DNA from: Methanomassiliicoccales archaeon
GTDB lineage: Archaea; Thermoplasmatota; Thermoplasmata; SG8-5
Direction of reading: 5' to 3'
DNA length: 24,000 bases
Assembly (NCBI GenBank): GCA_030636255.1
Contig: DAOVXH010000004.1
Location: forward strand, 1 to 24,000
Shown in pieces: positions 7,949 through 16,247 of this stretch; positions within the stretch are counted from its first letter, which is position 1, and each line of letters starts with the position of its first letter. The notes under the pieces were generated by a model. The model worked only from the letters and a program-made list of their open reading frames with translations, did not search any database and was not told the DNA's origin. Both the position numbers and the translations under genes were made by a program.

Positions 7949-7976
7949 AGCCTTGCCCAGATTTAAGAGGAATCGC
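7949..7976 (-). repeat. Inverted partial copy of the tRNA-Gln 3' end (T-arm 3' half plus acceptor strand)
   Basis: 7949..7964 (AGCCTTGCCCAGATTT) is the exact reverse complement of tRNA positions 7912..7927 (AAATCTGGGCAAGGCT). Weaker similarity continues for about 11 nt: cgaTTCCtcTT versus cgaCTCCagTTc. The two arms are separated by a 21-nt AT-rich spacer. Confidence 0.8.
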
Positions 7977-8038
7977 TTGCGAGACGAATAATCAAGAGAA
8001 ATCCTTATAACATAATCCCCTATGCCAGAACTGATAAC

Positions 8039-9703
8039 ATGGAGCAGCCAAAAGACTTCATCAGGGACATTGTGGCCGAAGACAATAAAACCGGCAAGTT
8101 CAAAGGTAGAGTGCATACCAGATTTCCTCCAGAGCCTAATGGATATCTCCATATTGGGCATGCCAAGGCTTTCATGCTGAGCTATGGTGTTGCCAAAGAG
8201 AATAACGGAAAATTCAATCTTAGATTCGACGATACCAATCCAGTCAAGGAAGAAACCGAATACGTGGACGGAATAATCGCCGATGTCAAGTGGATGGGAG
8301 CGGACTTTGAGGACCGTTTGCTGTTTGCTTCTGACTATTTTGGACAGTTATATGATTATGCCGAGGATTTGATAAAAAAAGGCAGGGCATATATTGATGA
8401 CCAGACACCCGAGGAAATGAAATTAAATCGGGGCGACTTCGAGAAGCCAGGCAAAGATAGTTCATTTCGAAACAGGTCAGTTGAGCAAAACCTTGGTTTA
8501 TTCCGACGCATGAAGGCCGGAGAATTCGCAGACGGTGTAAGGGTGCTTCGAGCCAAGATTGACATGACACATCCCAATATGAACATGCGTGACCCTGTAA
8601 TATACAGAATTCTCCATGCCAGTCATCACAATACCGGGGATGAATGGTGCATTTATCCAATGTATGATTGGGCACATGGGCTTGAGGATTCAATTGAGGG
8701 CATAACCCACTCACTTTGCGATGTTTCATTTGAGAATCATCGACCGCTTTATGACTGGTTTCTGGATCAGCTGGGGGTCTATCATCCGCAGCAGATTGAG
8801 TTCGCCAGACTCAATATGACCTACACTATCATGAGCAAGCGCAAGCTGCTGGTTCTGGTGGAAAATGGTCATGTAAAGGGCTGGGACGACCCCAGGCTGC
8901 CAACACTTCTGGGACTGCGAAGGCGCGGTTATACTCCACATTCAATTCAGGACTTCCTGAACAGGGTAGGCGTGGCCAAGAAGGAAAATTGGATAGCCAT
9001 CGAGCTTTTAGAGCACTGCATCAGGGAGCATCTGAACAAGATTGCTCCGAGATATATGGGTGTTCTTGACCCTCTGAAGATTGTAATTACCAATTTGCCA
9101 GATGGCCATGAGGAGTTCATGGAGGCCATTAACAATCCAGAGGATGAGAGTGCCGGCACCAGGCAGATTCCTTTCTCCAAGGAGATTTACATTGAAAGAG
9201 CAGATTTCATGGAAGAGCCAGTGAAGAAATTTTTCAGGCTTGCTCCAGGCAGGGAAGTACGGCTTCGATATGCCTATTTCATGACATGCAATGATATTGT
9301 GAAAGATGACGCTGGCAATATTATCGAGCTGCATTGCACAGTGGACCCGGAGACAAAGGGCGGCAATGCCCCTGACGGCCGAAGGGTAAAGGCCACAATG
9401 CACTGGGTCAGCGCAAAACATGCCATTGATGCCGAAGTTCGATTATACGATAAATTATTCACTGTGGAAAACCCACTGGCAGAAGATGGGGTCTTTGAGA
9501 GCTATGTTAACAAGGACTCACTGGAAATCCGGACGAACTGCAAGATTGAACCGGCTGTGAAAGAACTTGGTATTGAAGATAAAATTCAGTTTGAGAGGAC
9601 TGGATATTTCTGTGTTGACAAGGACACTACGCCTGAGAAGATGGTTTTTAATCGGACTACTGGGTTGAGGGATACCTGGGCAAAAGTGAAAAACCAAAAT
9701 TGA
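8039..9703 (+). CDS. glnS: Glutaminyl-tRNA synthetase (bacterial-type GlnRS)
   Basis: [20 protein letters not shown] holds the HIGH motif. Also present: [45 protein letters not shown] (KMSKS), [20 protein letters not shown] and the C-terminal [14 protein letters not shown]. It is collinear with E. coli GlnRS as I recall it over the whole length, including the GlnRS-specific C-terminal anticodon-binding domain. Confidence 0.92.
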   Translation: MEQPKDFIRDIVAEDNKTGKFKGRVHTRFPPEPNGYLHIGHAKAFMLSYGVAKENNGKFNLRFDDTNPVKEETEYVDGIIADVKWMGADFEDRLLFASDYFGQLYDYAEDLIKKGRAYIDDQTPEEMKLNRGDFEKPGKDSSFRNRSVEQNLGLFRRMKAGEFADGVRVLRAKIDMTHPNMNMRDPVIYRILHASHHNTGDEWCIYPMYDWAHGLEDSIEGITHSLCDVSFENHRPLYDWFLDQLGVYHPQQIEFARLNMTYTIMSKRKLLVLVENGHVKGWDDPRLPTLLGLRRRGYTPHSIQDFLNRVGVAKKENWIAIELLEHCIREHLNKIAPRYMGVLDPLKIVITNLPDGHEEFMEAINNPEDESAGTRQIPFSKEIYIERADFMEEPVKKFFRLAPGREVRLRYAYFMTCNDIVKDDAGNIIELHCTVDPETKGGNAPDGRRVKATMHWVSAKHAIDAEVRLYDKLFTVENPLAEDGVFESYVNKDSLEIRTNCKIEPAVKELGIEDKIQFERTGYFCVDKDTTPEKMVFNRTTGLRDTWAKVKNQN

Positions 9704-9951
9704 TTTTCAGTCCAACATAATATTTCTCAAAAAATCTAGCTAGTGTATTGATAATGATTGTTGAACGCAAAGCGTTCGACCACGACATGGCATCAAATAT
9801 ATACAAAATTTAATGTCGTACTGCTCACAATAATCTACTGGCAATGGTTGGATGCGAGGACAAAATATAAACAGATAGAGTATCCGACATGATTGAGCAA
9901 TTTCTCAACAATCGCAATCAAAAATTCCGCAATCGCATGGCATTTAGCAGC

Positions 9952-9999
9952 GGATTGCGGAGAGATACCTGGGCGAAGGTTCAGAAACAGCAAAAGTAA
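9952..9999 (+). pseudogene. Relic of a second glnS 3' end (last ~15 codons plus stop)
   Basis: gga ttg cgg aga gat acc tgg gcg aag gtt cag aaa cag caa aag taa encodes GLRRDTWAKVQKQQK*. The intact gene ends [13 protein letters not shown] (9661..9703). Differences in the conserved block are mostly synonymous third positions. Weaker similarity (F.NR) lies just upstream, inside a 36-codon ORF at 9889..9999. Confidence 0.55.
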
Positions 10000-10032
10000 T
10001 ATATCATTATCTTCATGTAATCAATTGTGTGG

Positions 10033-13000
10033 ATGAAGAGAAATTATGTAGCCTGGATATGTGCGTTTTTGATGCTCAGCAGCGTGTTTGTTGGATTGCA
10101 AGTAAATGAAAATGCTGAAGCCAGGATAGCTGAGGGAGATGGAGTATTGTATACACCTCATGCGCCAATTAGAATAGATTCGGATGCGGATTTTCCTGGG
10201 ATTGCGTCTGGAGGTGACGGAAGTGCTGGTTCTCCCTGGATAATAGAAAATCATGAGATAAATGGCACGGGTCATGGATATTGCATTTACATTGGGAATA
10301 CTACTGAGCATTTCATTGTGAGAAATAGTTTTGTACACAATGCAGATGGATTACTAAGTTGGCCGTATTATACAGATTCAGGATTGACATTATATAATGT
10401 TCAAAATGGAGTAGTCTCAAACAACACCGCAGCTTCAAACCTTCGTCAAGGATTTTTGCTCCACACCTCCTCCAATAACACTATTGTTGACAACAATGTA
10501 TCTTCATTAAATTTGGATGGTATTTTACTCTACTCCTCCTCAAAAAACACCATTAGAAATAATACTGCAACTTTTAACAATGACTTTGGAATTTGCCTTA
10601 GCCTCTCCAACAATAATACAATATCAAGCAATAATGTGTCATTCAACAATAACAATGGCATGTACATAGTCTCTTCCACAAACAACACATTTTCAGGTAA
10701 TTATGTTGCATCGAACAATGACAATGGTATGCACCTAATTTCTTCGAGTAATAATTCTCTTGCTAATAATTCTATTATGAACAATGATGATTATGGAATC
10801 TTAATTGAGACCTCAATCAATAACACTCTAACTCATAATACCATGTACATGAATCTTTTGAGGTGCTTAACCCTCCGGTTTTCAAATAGCAACTATATAA
10901 CGAATAATAATTTATTTTCAAACAACGGTTGTTCTATTATGCTTGATTCGTCTTATAATAATTCAATTTATCATAATAACATAATCAATAGTGCTTTCGC
11001 CTTTGATAACACAGGATTTAACTCCTGGGACAATGGCTATCCGGACGGCGGCAATTACTGGAGTACATTCAACACCAGCCTTTATGTTGGAAACGAGAGC
11101 TTCTTCGCCTCTGGCGGCGAGGAGGGTTTCTATCTGGATCAAAACGAGAACACACCAGGATTCCAGGGTATCCAGACATTACATGAGATCAGATATGTTT
11201 GGGACAATGACTGGTCCTTTGTCTATGTATTGGTCGAGGGTGTAGATTTTGATATAAATATTACCACTGGCTGGGTTCAGGTTTACTGGGGAGGATTTGT
11301 TCTAGGCGATCAGCTCTATAGTGAATACACTTGTCTTGTAAACCCACCAGACCTATTCTGGGGACCAAATCAAGATATTCCTGACTCTGACTTTATTTAT
11401 GATATGCCATACCCAATTTTGGGAGGAACCAATGAGGATTCATATCCACTTGCTTACCCAATCATCAACGGAAGGTTCCAGCGTGGCCCAATAAGGATAG
11501 ATTCCAATGCTGATTTTGACCAAGCTCACGGTGTAATCAATTGGGATTCTGGAGATGGAAGTATTGACAATCCCTGGATAATCGAGAAATGGGATATTAA
11601 TGGAACTGGCCATGAATTTTGTATTTATGTTGGGAATACTACGGACTATTTTGAGGTGAGGGGCAATAGTTTTCACAATGCAAGTGGATTCGGGGTCATA
11701 ATACGCAATTGCTATTATGGAATAATTCTTGACAATGAAATAATTTACAATAATAACAATGGAATTTACTTACCGCTTTCATTTTATATCACAATTCAAA
11801 ATTGTAAGATATTATACAATAGCAATTCAGGCATTTATTTGAATGAGGCTTCTCGTCTAATCACAATTGAAAATAACACTATAAGTTACAATGCTGGCAA
11901 TGGTATTGAAACTTTTTATTCCTGGGGCAATAAAATATATAACAATGTGATAAGTAATAATGACGGTTCAGGTATCGGAACTTTTGCAGGTAGTAAAAAT
12001 ATAATAAAACAAAACACTATCTCAAATAATCAATATGCTATCGCACTCTTACTTTTTGATGGCAATGGAAGTATAATCAAACAAAACACTATCTCAAATA
12101 ATCAATATGGAATTTATACGGTCTTTTCTTCAAGTAATATTAGTTATTATCATAATAATTTCATTAACAACACCATCCAAGCATATGACGATGGCACCAA
12201 CAATACCTGGGACAATGGCTACCCAGATGGAGGGAACTATTGGTCTGACTATTCCGGTGTTGATTTGAATAGTACACCCTCCCAGGATATACCACCACCA
12301 GACGGAATCGGAGACACACCATATACAGACATTGACGGAGTGGCTGGAACCATAGACAATTATCCATTGATGGAGCCCTGGATGCCGCCCCCTATACTCA
12401 CCTATGACATAGACCTCACAACAGGCTGGAACCTAATCTCCCTGCCCCTTGCCCAGTCTGATGAAGATATTTATTCTGTATTATCCAGTATTGACGGTGA
12501 CTGGGACAGAATTAAGCTCTATGATTCACAGAGTGTGAATCACTGGTTATCGAGTTCCATATACAGTCCAGACCTGAGTGAAATTGACCAGTTGAACCAC
12601 ACAGTAGGCATCTGGATACACATGGTGAATGCAACAACTCTCACTGTGGAAGGAATAGAACCAGTGTTCACAAATATAACATTATATGCTGGTTGGAATC
12701 TGGTAGGCTATCCATCATTGTTTCCTGAAACTGTGGCAAATGCCCTCTGGGGAACTGGAGCAGACCGGGTGGAGGTATGCGACCTTGAAGAACCAGGCTT
12801 GATAAAAGAGGTGGGGCCAACTTATATCATGCAGCCAGGAGAAGGGTACTGGGTTCATGTTCCGGCTGATACTGTCTGGACAACTGAAAAGACTGTAGGA
12901 AATCCTCAAATTGTTGTACGAGGGGACAACCCTGACACTGGCGGTTATGAATACATTAGATTTAACAACACAGAACCAGTAAATGGTGATACAATTTCAA

Positions 13001-14442
13001 TAACAGCTACAATCCAGAATCTTGGTGGAGGTTCTGCAGCGGTTGATGTGAAATATTATGATGGTGAGGAAATATCGAGCCAGCTCATTGGAACCGATTA
13101 CTTGTTATTACCTGCACAGGGTGAAATAGATGCTGTAATAAACTGGAAAGCAAGTCCTGGTGGAGCTCACTCAATTATTGTTACAGCAGAGGTAAATGCC
13201 ACATATGCACTTGTAAATGATATTTATGACCCGTATCTTCCTGACAATCGAAACAGCACAGCCATCTTGGTGATACCAAAAATATTACTGGTTGACGATG
13301 ACAACCACACAAATGACTATTCCCTAGACGACACAACCTCGTATATGAGAGACGCCTTGAGAAATGCAAATTTTGAATATGACTTTGTAATTGTTGGGCC
13401 TGGTGACGGACCTGGCTATGATTACGGTGATTATCCCCTTGAGGATTATGACATCGTTATATGGATGACTGGCCATACCGAGACAAACACCCTCACACGA
13501 CCACTGAACCCTGCAGAACCAATGGCCACCAGAACCGATGATGTCGCAAACCTTATGAGATTTCTTGATGGGGAGTCCACAGGAGGAAATGGCGGTAGTT
13601 TGTGGCTGATTAGTGAGGGATACTGGGACGATGCTATCGGAGACCCGGTACACGAACCATTCTTTATGAATTACTTGCACCTGAGCGATATTGCCACAAC
13701 ACCCATGCCATCCCTAAAGAACACACTCCCCACAGAACTCTGGGGCAGGGAGAATCATACAATTACCAATAACTATGCAGATAATCCAATAAACACCGAG
13801 ATTAAGGTTGCTGGAACCGATGCGGCCTGGTCATGGGCCTCCGGTGATTTTCCGGACACCAGTGCTATTGCTCTCAATAATAGCGATAATTCCCGGGTTT
13901 ATGGTGTGACCTATGATTCAGATGATTATCCAGCTGACCCAATAGCAGATTCAAGAATATTTGTCCAGACCTGGGATTTTTCAAGGATACAGGACACTGC
14001 AACGCAGGCACAGTACGCCTATAGAGCTTTATTTTGGCTTGGAAACTATTCTATGATGTTCGGAAGAGATGTTGCATTATCTCAGCAGACTATTGAGCCA
14101 ACCACTGTTACAATTAATGAAACAATAAACATAACTGCCATTGTTCGAAACAACGGGTTCAATGACTATAATTCTTCCCAAGGCGATAATCTGTGGTATC
14201 TTCTGAGGATTACAGATGAATATAACAATGATATTACCGTGCCACATCTAGAGCGGATAGATTATTTGGGAATTGGGTCTAACAATGAGTTTATTATTAA
14301 TCATCAATTTACTTTTCATGAGATTGGAAACTTCACTGTCTGGATAGAAGTGGACCCATACAATTACATTATTGAAACCAATGAACTCAACAACCAGGCA
14401 TCTGAATATTACAATACATTTGAAATTGAGGTTTTGCCCTAG
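10033..14442 (+). CDS. Large secreted surface protein: two right-handed beta-helix (PbH1/NosD-like) modules plus C-terminal CARDB-like domains; probable glycoprotein/adhesin
   Basis: Track ORF 10027..14442 (GTG). ATG 10033 gives MKRNYVAWICAFLMLSSVFVGLQVNENAEA, a signal-peptide-like N-terminus. Long runs of ~22-24-aa N/S/I-rich coils are present (NNT.., SNN.., G.Y/I). A duplicated head motif PIRIDS.ADF...PWIIE..(I)NGTGH.(Y/F)CIY(I/V)GNTT and tail motif WDNGYPDGGNYWS occur twice. Two CARDB-like segments carry ..I.A.(I/V).N.G.. strands. Several dozen N-x-S/T sequons are visible by eye. I found no C-terminal TM or PGF-type anchor. Confidence 0.7.
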   Translation: MKRNYVAWICAFLMLSSVFVGLQVNENAEARIAEGDGVLYTPHAPIRIDSDADFPGIASGGDGSAGSPWIIENHEINGTGHGYCIYIGNTTEHFIVRNSFVHNADGLLSWPYYTDSGLTLYNVQNGVVSNNTAASNLRQGFLLHTSSNNTIVDNNVSSLNLDGILLYSSSKNTIRNNTATFNNDFGICLSLSNNNTISSNNVSFNNNNGMYIVSSTNNTFSGNYVASNNDNGMHLISSSNNSLANNSIMNNDDYGILIETSINNTLTHNTMYMNLLRCLTLRFSNSNYITNNNLFSNNGCSIMLDSSYNNSIYHNNIINSAFAFDNTGFNSWDNGYPDGGNYWSTFNTSLYVGNESFFASGGEEGFYLDQNENTPGFQGIQTLHEIRYVWDNDWSFVYVLVEGVDFDINITTGWVQVYWGGFVLGDQLYSEYTCLVNPPDLFWGPNQDIPDSDFIYDMPYPILGGTNEDSYPLAYPIINGRFQRGPIRIDSNADFDQAHGVINWDSGDGSIDNPWIIEKWDINGTGHEFCIYVGNTTDYFEVRGNSFHNASGFGVIIRNCYYGIILDNEIIYNNNNGIYLPLSFYITIQNCKILYNSNSGIYLNEASRLITIENNTISYNAGNGIETFYSWGNKIYNNVISNNDGSGIGTFAGSKNIIKQNTISNNQYAIALLLFDGNGSIIKQNTISNNQYGIYTVFSSSNISYYHNNFINNTIQAYDDGTNNTWDNGYPDGGNYWSDYSGVDLNSTPSQDIPPPDGIGDTPYTDIDGVAGTIDNYPLMEPWMPPPILTYDIDLTTGWNLISLPLAQSDEDIYSVLSSIDGDWDRIKLYDSQSVNHWLSSSIYSPDLSEIDQLNHTVGIWIHMVNATTLTVEGIEPVFTNITLYAGWNLVGYPSLFPETVANALWGTGADRVEVCDLEEPGLIKEVGPTYIMQPGEGYWVHVPADTVWTTEKTVGNPQIVVRGDNPDTGGYEYIRFNNTEPVNGDTISITATIQNLGGGSAAVDVKYYDGEEISSQLIGTDYLLLPAQGEIDAVINWKASPGGAHSIIVTAEVNATYALVNDIYDPYLPDNRNSTAILVIPKILLVDDDNHTNDYSLDDTTSYMRDALRNANFEYDFVIVGPGDGPGYDYGDYPLEDYDIVIWMTGHTETNTLTRPLNPAEPMATRTDDVANLMRFLDGESTGGNGGSLWLISEGYWDDAIGDPVHEPFFMNYLHLSDIATTPMPSLKNTLPTELWGRENHTITNNYADNPINTEIKVAGTDAAWSWASGDFPDTSAIALNNSDNSRVYGVTYDSDDYPADPIADSRIFVQTWDFSRIQDTATQAQYAYRALFWLGNYSMMFGRDVALSQQTIEPTTVTINETINITAIVRNNGFNDYNSSQGDNLWYLLRITDEYNNDITVPHLERIDYLGIGSNNEFIINHQFTFHEIGNFTVWIEVDPYNYIIETNELNNQASEYYNTFEIEVLP
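12001..12109 (+). repeat. Near-identical 37-nt direct repeat, 72 nt apart (one beta-helix coil duplicated)
   Basis: ataataaaacaaaacactatctcaaataatcaatatg (12001..12037) versus ataatcaaacaaaacactatctcaaataatcaatatg (12073..12109) differ at 1 position. Both encode IIKQNTISNNQY. Confidence 0.85.
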
Positions 14443-14447
14443 GATAA

Positions 14448-15080
14448 TCAAAATAATTCAGCAAACTGCAGAATATTATTCAGCATCATCTGAACTCCAA
14501 TAGATGCTATCAGAATTCCCATGATTCTCATGGTTGCTGTTATGCCGAGATTACCCATCTTTTCATAGATATACTGGCTCTCCATGAGAAGAATATAGGT
14601 TATCAATATTGTTATTACCAGGCAGAAAACAATAAATCCCCATTCCAGGACGTTCACAGACTGGCCCATGTAGATCATCGCAGTAATCATTGCGCCAGGA
14701 CCGGCCATCATTGGTATTGCCAGTGGGACAACGCCTACCATGCCTTTCTCGATTGCCTCATCCTTTTCTTCCTGGGAACTTTTAAACTGAGGTATCTGGC
14801 CCATTAACATGTCCGAGCCAATTTTAATTAGAACAGCAGCACCAACGAACTTGAGTGCTAGAAATTCAACATTGAACGCATCAAATAGATACTTTCCGAA
14901 CAATGCAAATGGAATGAGAACTGACAGACTGACCTTCACAGCATTGAGAATTACTTTTTTCTGCTGCTCCCTGGTATATCCCTGTGTCAGCAAAATAAAA
15001 AACGGAACCTTGCTGATAGGATTGATGGTAATGAATATGGCCGCGAAGGCCGCTATCATCAGGGTTATGTTGAAGTCCAT
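14448..15080 (-). CDS. MarC-family (UPF0056) integral membrane protein
   Basis: About six hydrophobic segments. The N-terminal ...FITINPISKVPFFILLTQGYTREQQKKV... matches the MarC-family NPI..P.F..LT signature. Confidence 0.7.
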   Translation of the reverse strand: MDFNITLMIAAFAAIFITINPISKVPFFILLTQGYTREQQKKVILNAVKVSLSVLIPFALFGKYLFDAFNVEFLALKFVGAAVLIKIGSDMLMGQIPQFKSSQEEKDEAIEKGMVGVVPLAIPMMAGPGAMITAMIYMGQSVNVLEWGFIVFCLVITILITYILLMESQYIYEKMGNLGITATMRIMGILIASIGVQMMLNNILQFAELF

Positions 15081-15295
15081 GTTGCCCCAGATATAATTAT
15101 TCTATTTAAATATATCATTTGGAAAATATTAATGAGTGGTTTTTCGGGGTGACGGGGTGTGGATTGGCTAAGTTGGTGAGGTAATTATATCGGTGAAAAA
15201 ACTCAAATTATTTATTTAGTGAATACGCATTTTCACCGTCTTGGATGAATCATAGATTCATCCGATTTTAAAATTCACACAGTGAGTTTTAAAAA

Positions 15296-15417
15296 GTGGC
15301 TGACAGCGTTCTGCGGTTCCCGTGGACTCTCGTACCACAGTACCGCGCAGAACGCAGGTGGACTTTACTTCTGGGTTCGGAAAGAGACCAGGTGTGGCCC
15401 CACCGCTGTGACCGTCA
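15296..15417 (-). rRNA. 5S ribosomal RNA (stand-alone)
   Basis: The reverse complement reads GACGGUCACAGCGGUGGGGCCACACCUGGUCUCUUUCCGAACCCAGAAGUAAAGUCCACCUGCGUUCUGCGCGGUACUGUGGUACGAGAGUCCACGGGAACCGCAGAACGCUGUCAGCCAC. Conserved 5S blocks are CCACACC, CCGAACCC.GAAGU.AAG, GUACUG and GGGAAC. The 5' and 3' ends pair as helix I. A TTTATA box lies ~26 nt upstream and a T5 run follows immediately downstream. Ends are good to about 3 nt. Confidence 0.9.
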
Positions 15418-15525
15418 AACCAAACCATGGATAGCCATGCTGTATAAATAGTTTTCAGTTTAATCGACTCAATCACGATAGATTTATATCAACATCTACA
15501 ATACCAGGCCAAAAGGTGCAATATC

Positions 15526-16224
15526 ATGGTTACGGCAGTCAATATTATAGGGAATGATGCGAGTCTTCAGGATCACTGGCTTAAACGATTTCTTGCAATC
15601 GTCATAGACTATCTCATATTCTGGGTCCTGGGAACCGTGCTTACCATCTTTGTTTTCCAGAACTGGCTTGGATGGAATATTCCTTTCTTGTGGACATTCT
15701 TCCAGCCGCTACTTTCAGGTGGGATATTTTTCCTCTATGCATTCATAATGGAGGCAAGCTCCGGAGCAACAATAGGCAAGAAGGCCATGAATCTGAGGGT
15801 TATTTCCTTAAGTGGACCATTGACAACTGGCCAGGCAGTCATGAGAAATATTTCCAAAATTTACGGGCCGTTCCTTTTCATTGACTGGCTCATAGGTTTT
15901 ATCAGCGAGGGAGACCCCAAACAAAAGTGGCTTGACCGCTCGGTTGGAACAACAGTTGTGCTGACAACATCTCTTTCAGACCAACAGCAGCACACATATC
16001 AGAGCCAGCAGGCAAGTTATGCTCCACCACCACAGGAGAACTACCAGAGGCATGAACAGACCTATCAATATCCACCGCCTCCACCATCAAATGCTCCTCC
16101 ACCACCACAGCAACAGGCACCACCCCCAGGGCAGACAGAACAGGTTTGTGCGTCCTGTGGCGGAAGAATGTCCATGACAGGTGGCGGAAGGCTTCAGTGT
16201 ATCAGATGTGGAAAAATACAATGA
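15526..16224 (+). CDS. RDD-family membrane protein with Pro/Gln-rich linker and C-terminal zinc ribbon
   Basis: LKRFLAIVIDYLIF... plus three hydrophobic segments give the RDD-domain layout. A PPPP/QQQ low-complexity tract follows. The zinc ribbon is CASCGG...CIRCG. AGGTG lies 8 nt upstream of the ATG. Confidence 0.6.
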   Translation: MVTAVNIIGNDASLQDHWLKRFLAIVIDYLIFWVLGTVLTIFVFQNWLGWNIPFLWTFFQPLLSGGIFFLYAFIMEASSGATIGKKAMNLRVISLSGPLTTGQAVMRNISKIYGPFLFIDWLIGFISEGDPKQKWLDRSVGTTVVLTTSLSDQQQHTYQSQQASYAPPPQENYQRHEQTYQYPPPPPSNAPPPPQQQAPPPGQTEQVCASCGGRMSMTGGGRLQCIRCGKIQ

Positions 16225-16247
16225 ATTAAGATAAAAAGGTGTTAAAA

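Noticed and set aside
9673-9680. CTGGGCAA 8-mer shared by the tRNA-Gln T-arm/acceptor (7916..7923) and the glnS 3' end
   Set aside because: An 8-nt match is expected by chance in a 24-kb window. There is no flanking similarity.
9761-9800. Extension of the glnS relic (IVERKAFDHD versus [13 protein letters not shown])
   Set aside because: Only ER..F..D matches. The spacing to the GLRDTW block is ~115 nt longer than in the intact gene. That is too weak to claim.
7929-9999. Calling the tRNA-glnS segment a mobile element
   Set aside because: No integrase, transposase or direct att repeats are visible. Only scars are present (an inverted tRNA fragment and a glnS relic), so it is reported as a finding rather than a mobile_element feature.
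10400-12200. Possible CRISPR-like or tandem DNA repeat signal from recurring aat/aac/agc-rich ~66-72 nt periodicity
   Set aside because: The periodicity is coding: beta-helix coils of one long ORF, with diverged DNA sequence apart from the single coil duplication reported. No repeat-spacer structure exists anywhere in the window.
15258-15476. 72-aa minus-strand ORF from the track
   Set aside because: It lies entirely over the 5S rRNA gene and its flanks. The sequence is explained by the rRNA.
15960-16140. Pro/Gln-rich CCA/CAG-rich tract
   Set aside because: It is an in-frame low-complexity linker of the RDD/zinc-ribbon protein, not a separate repeat element.
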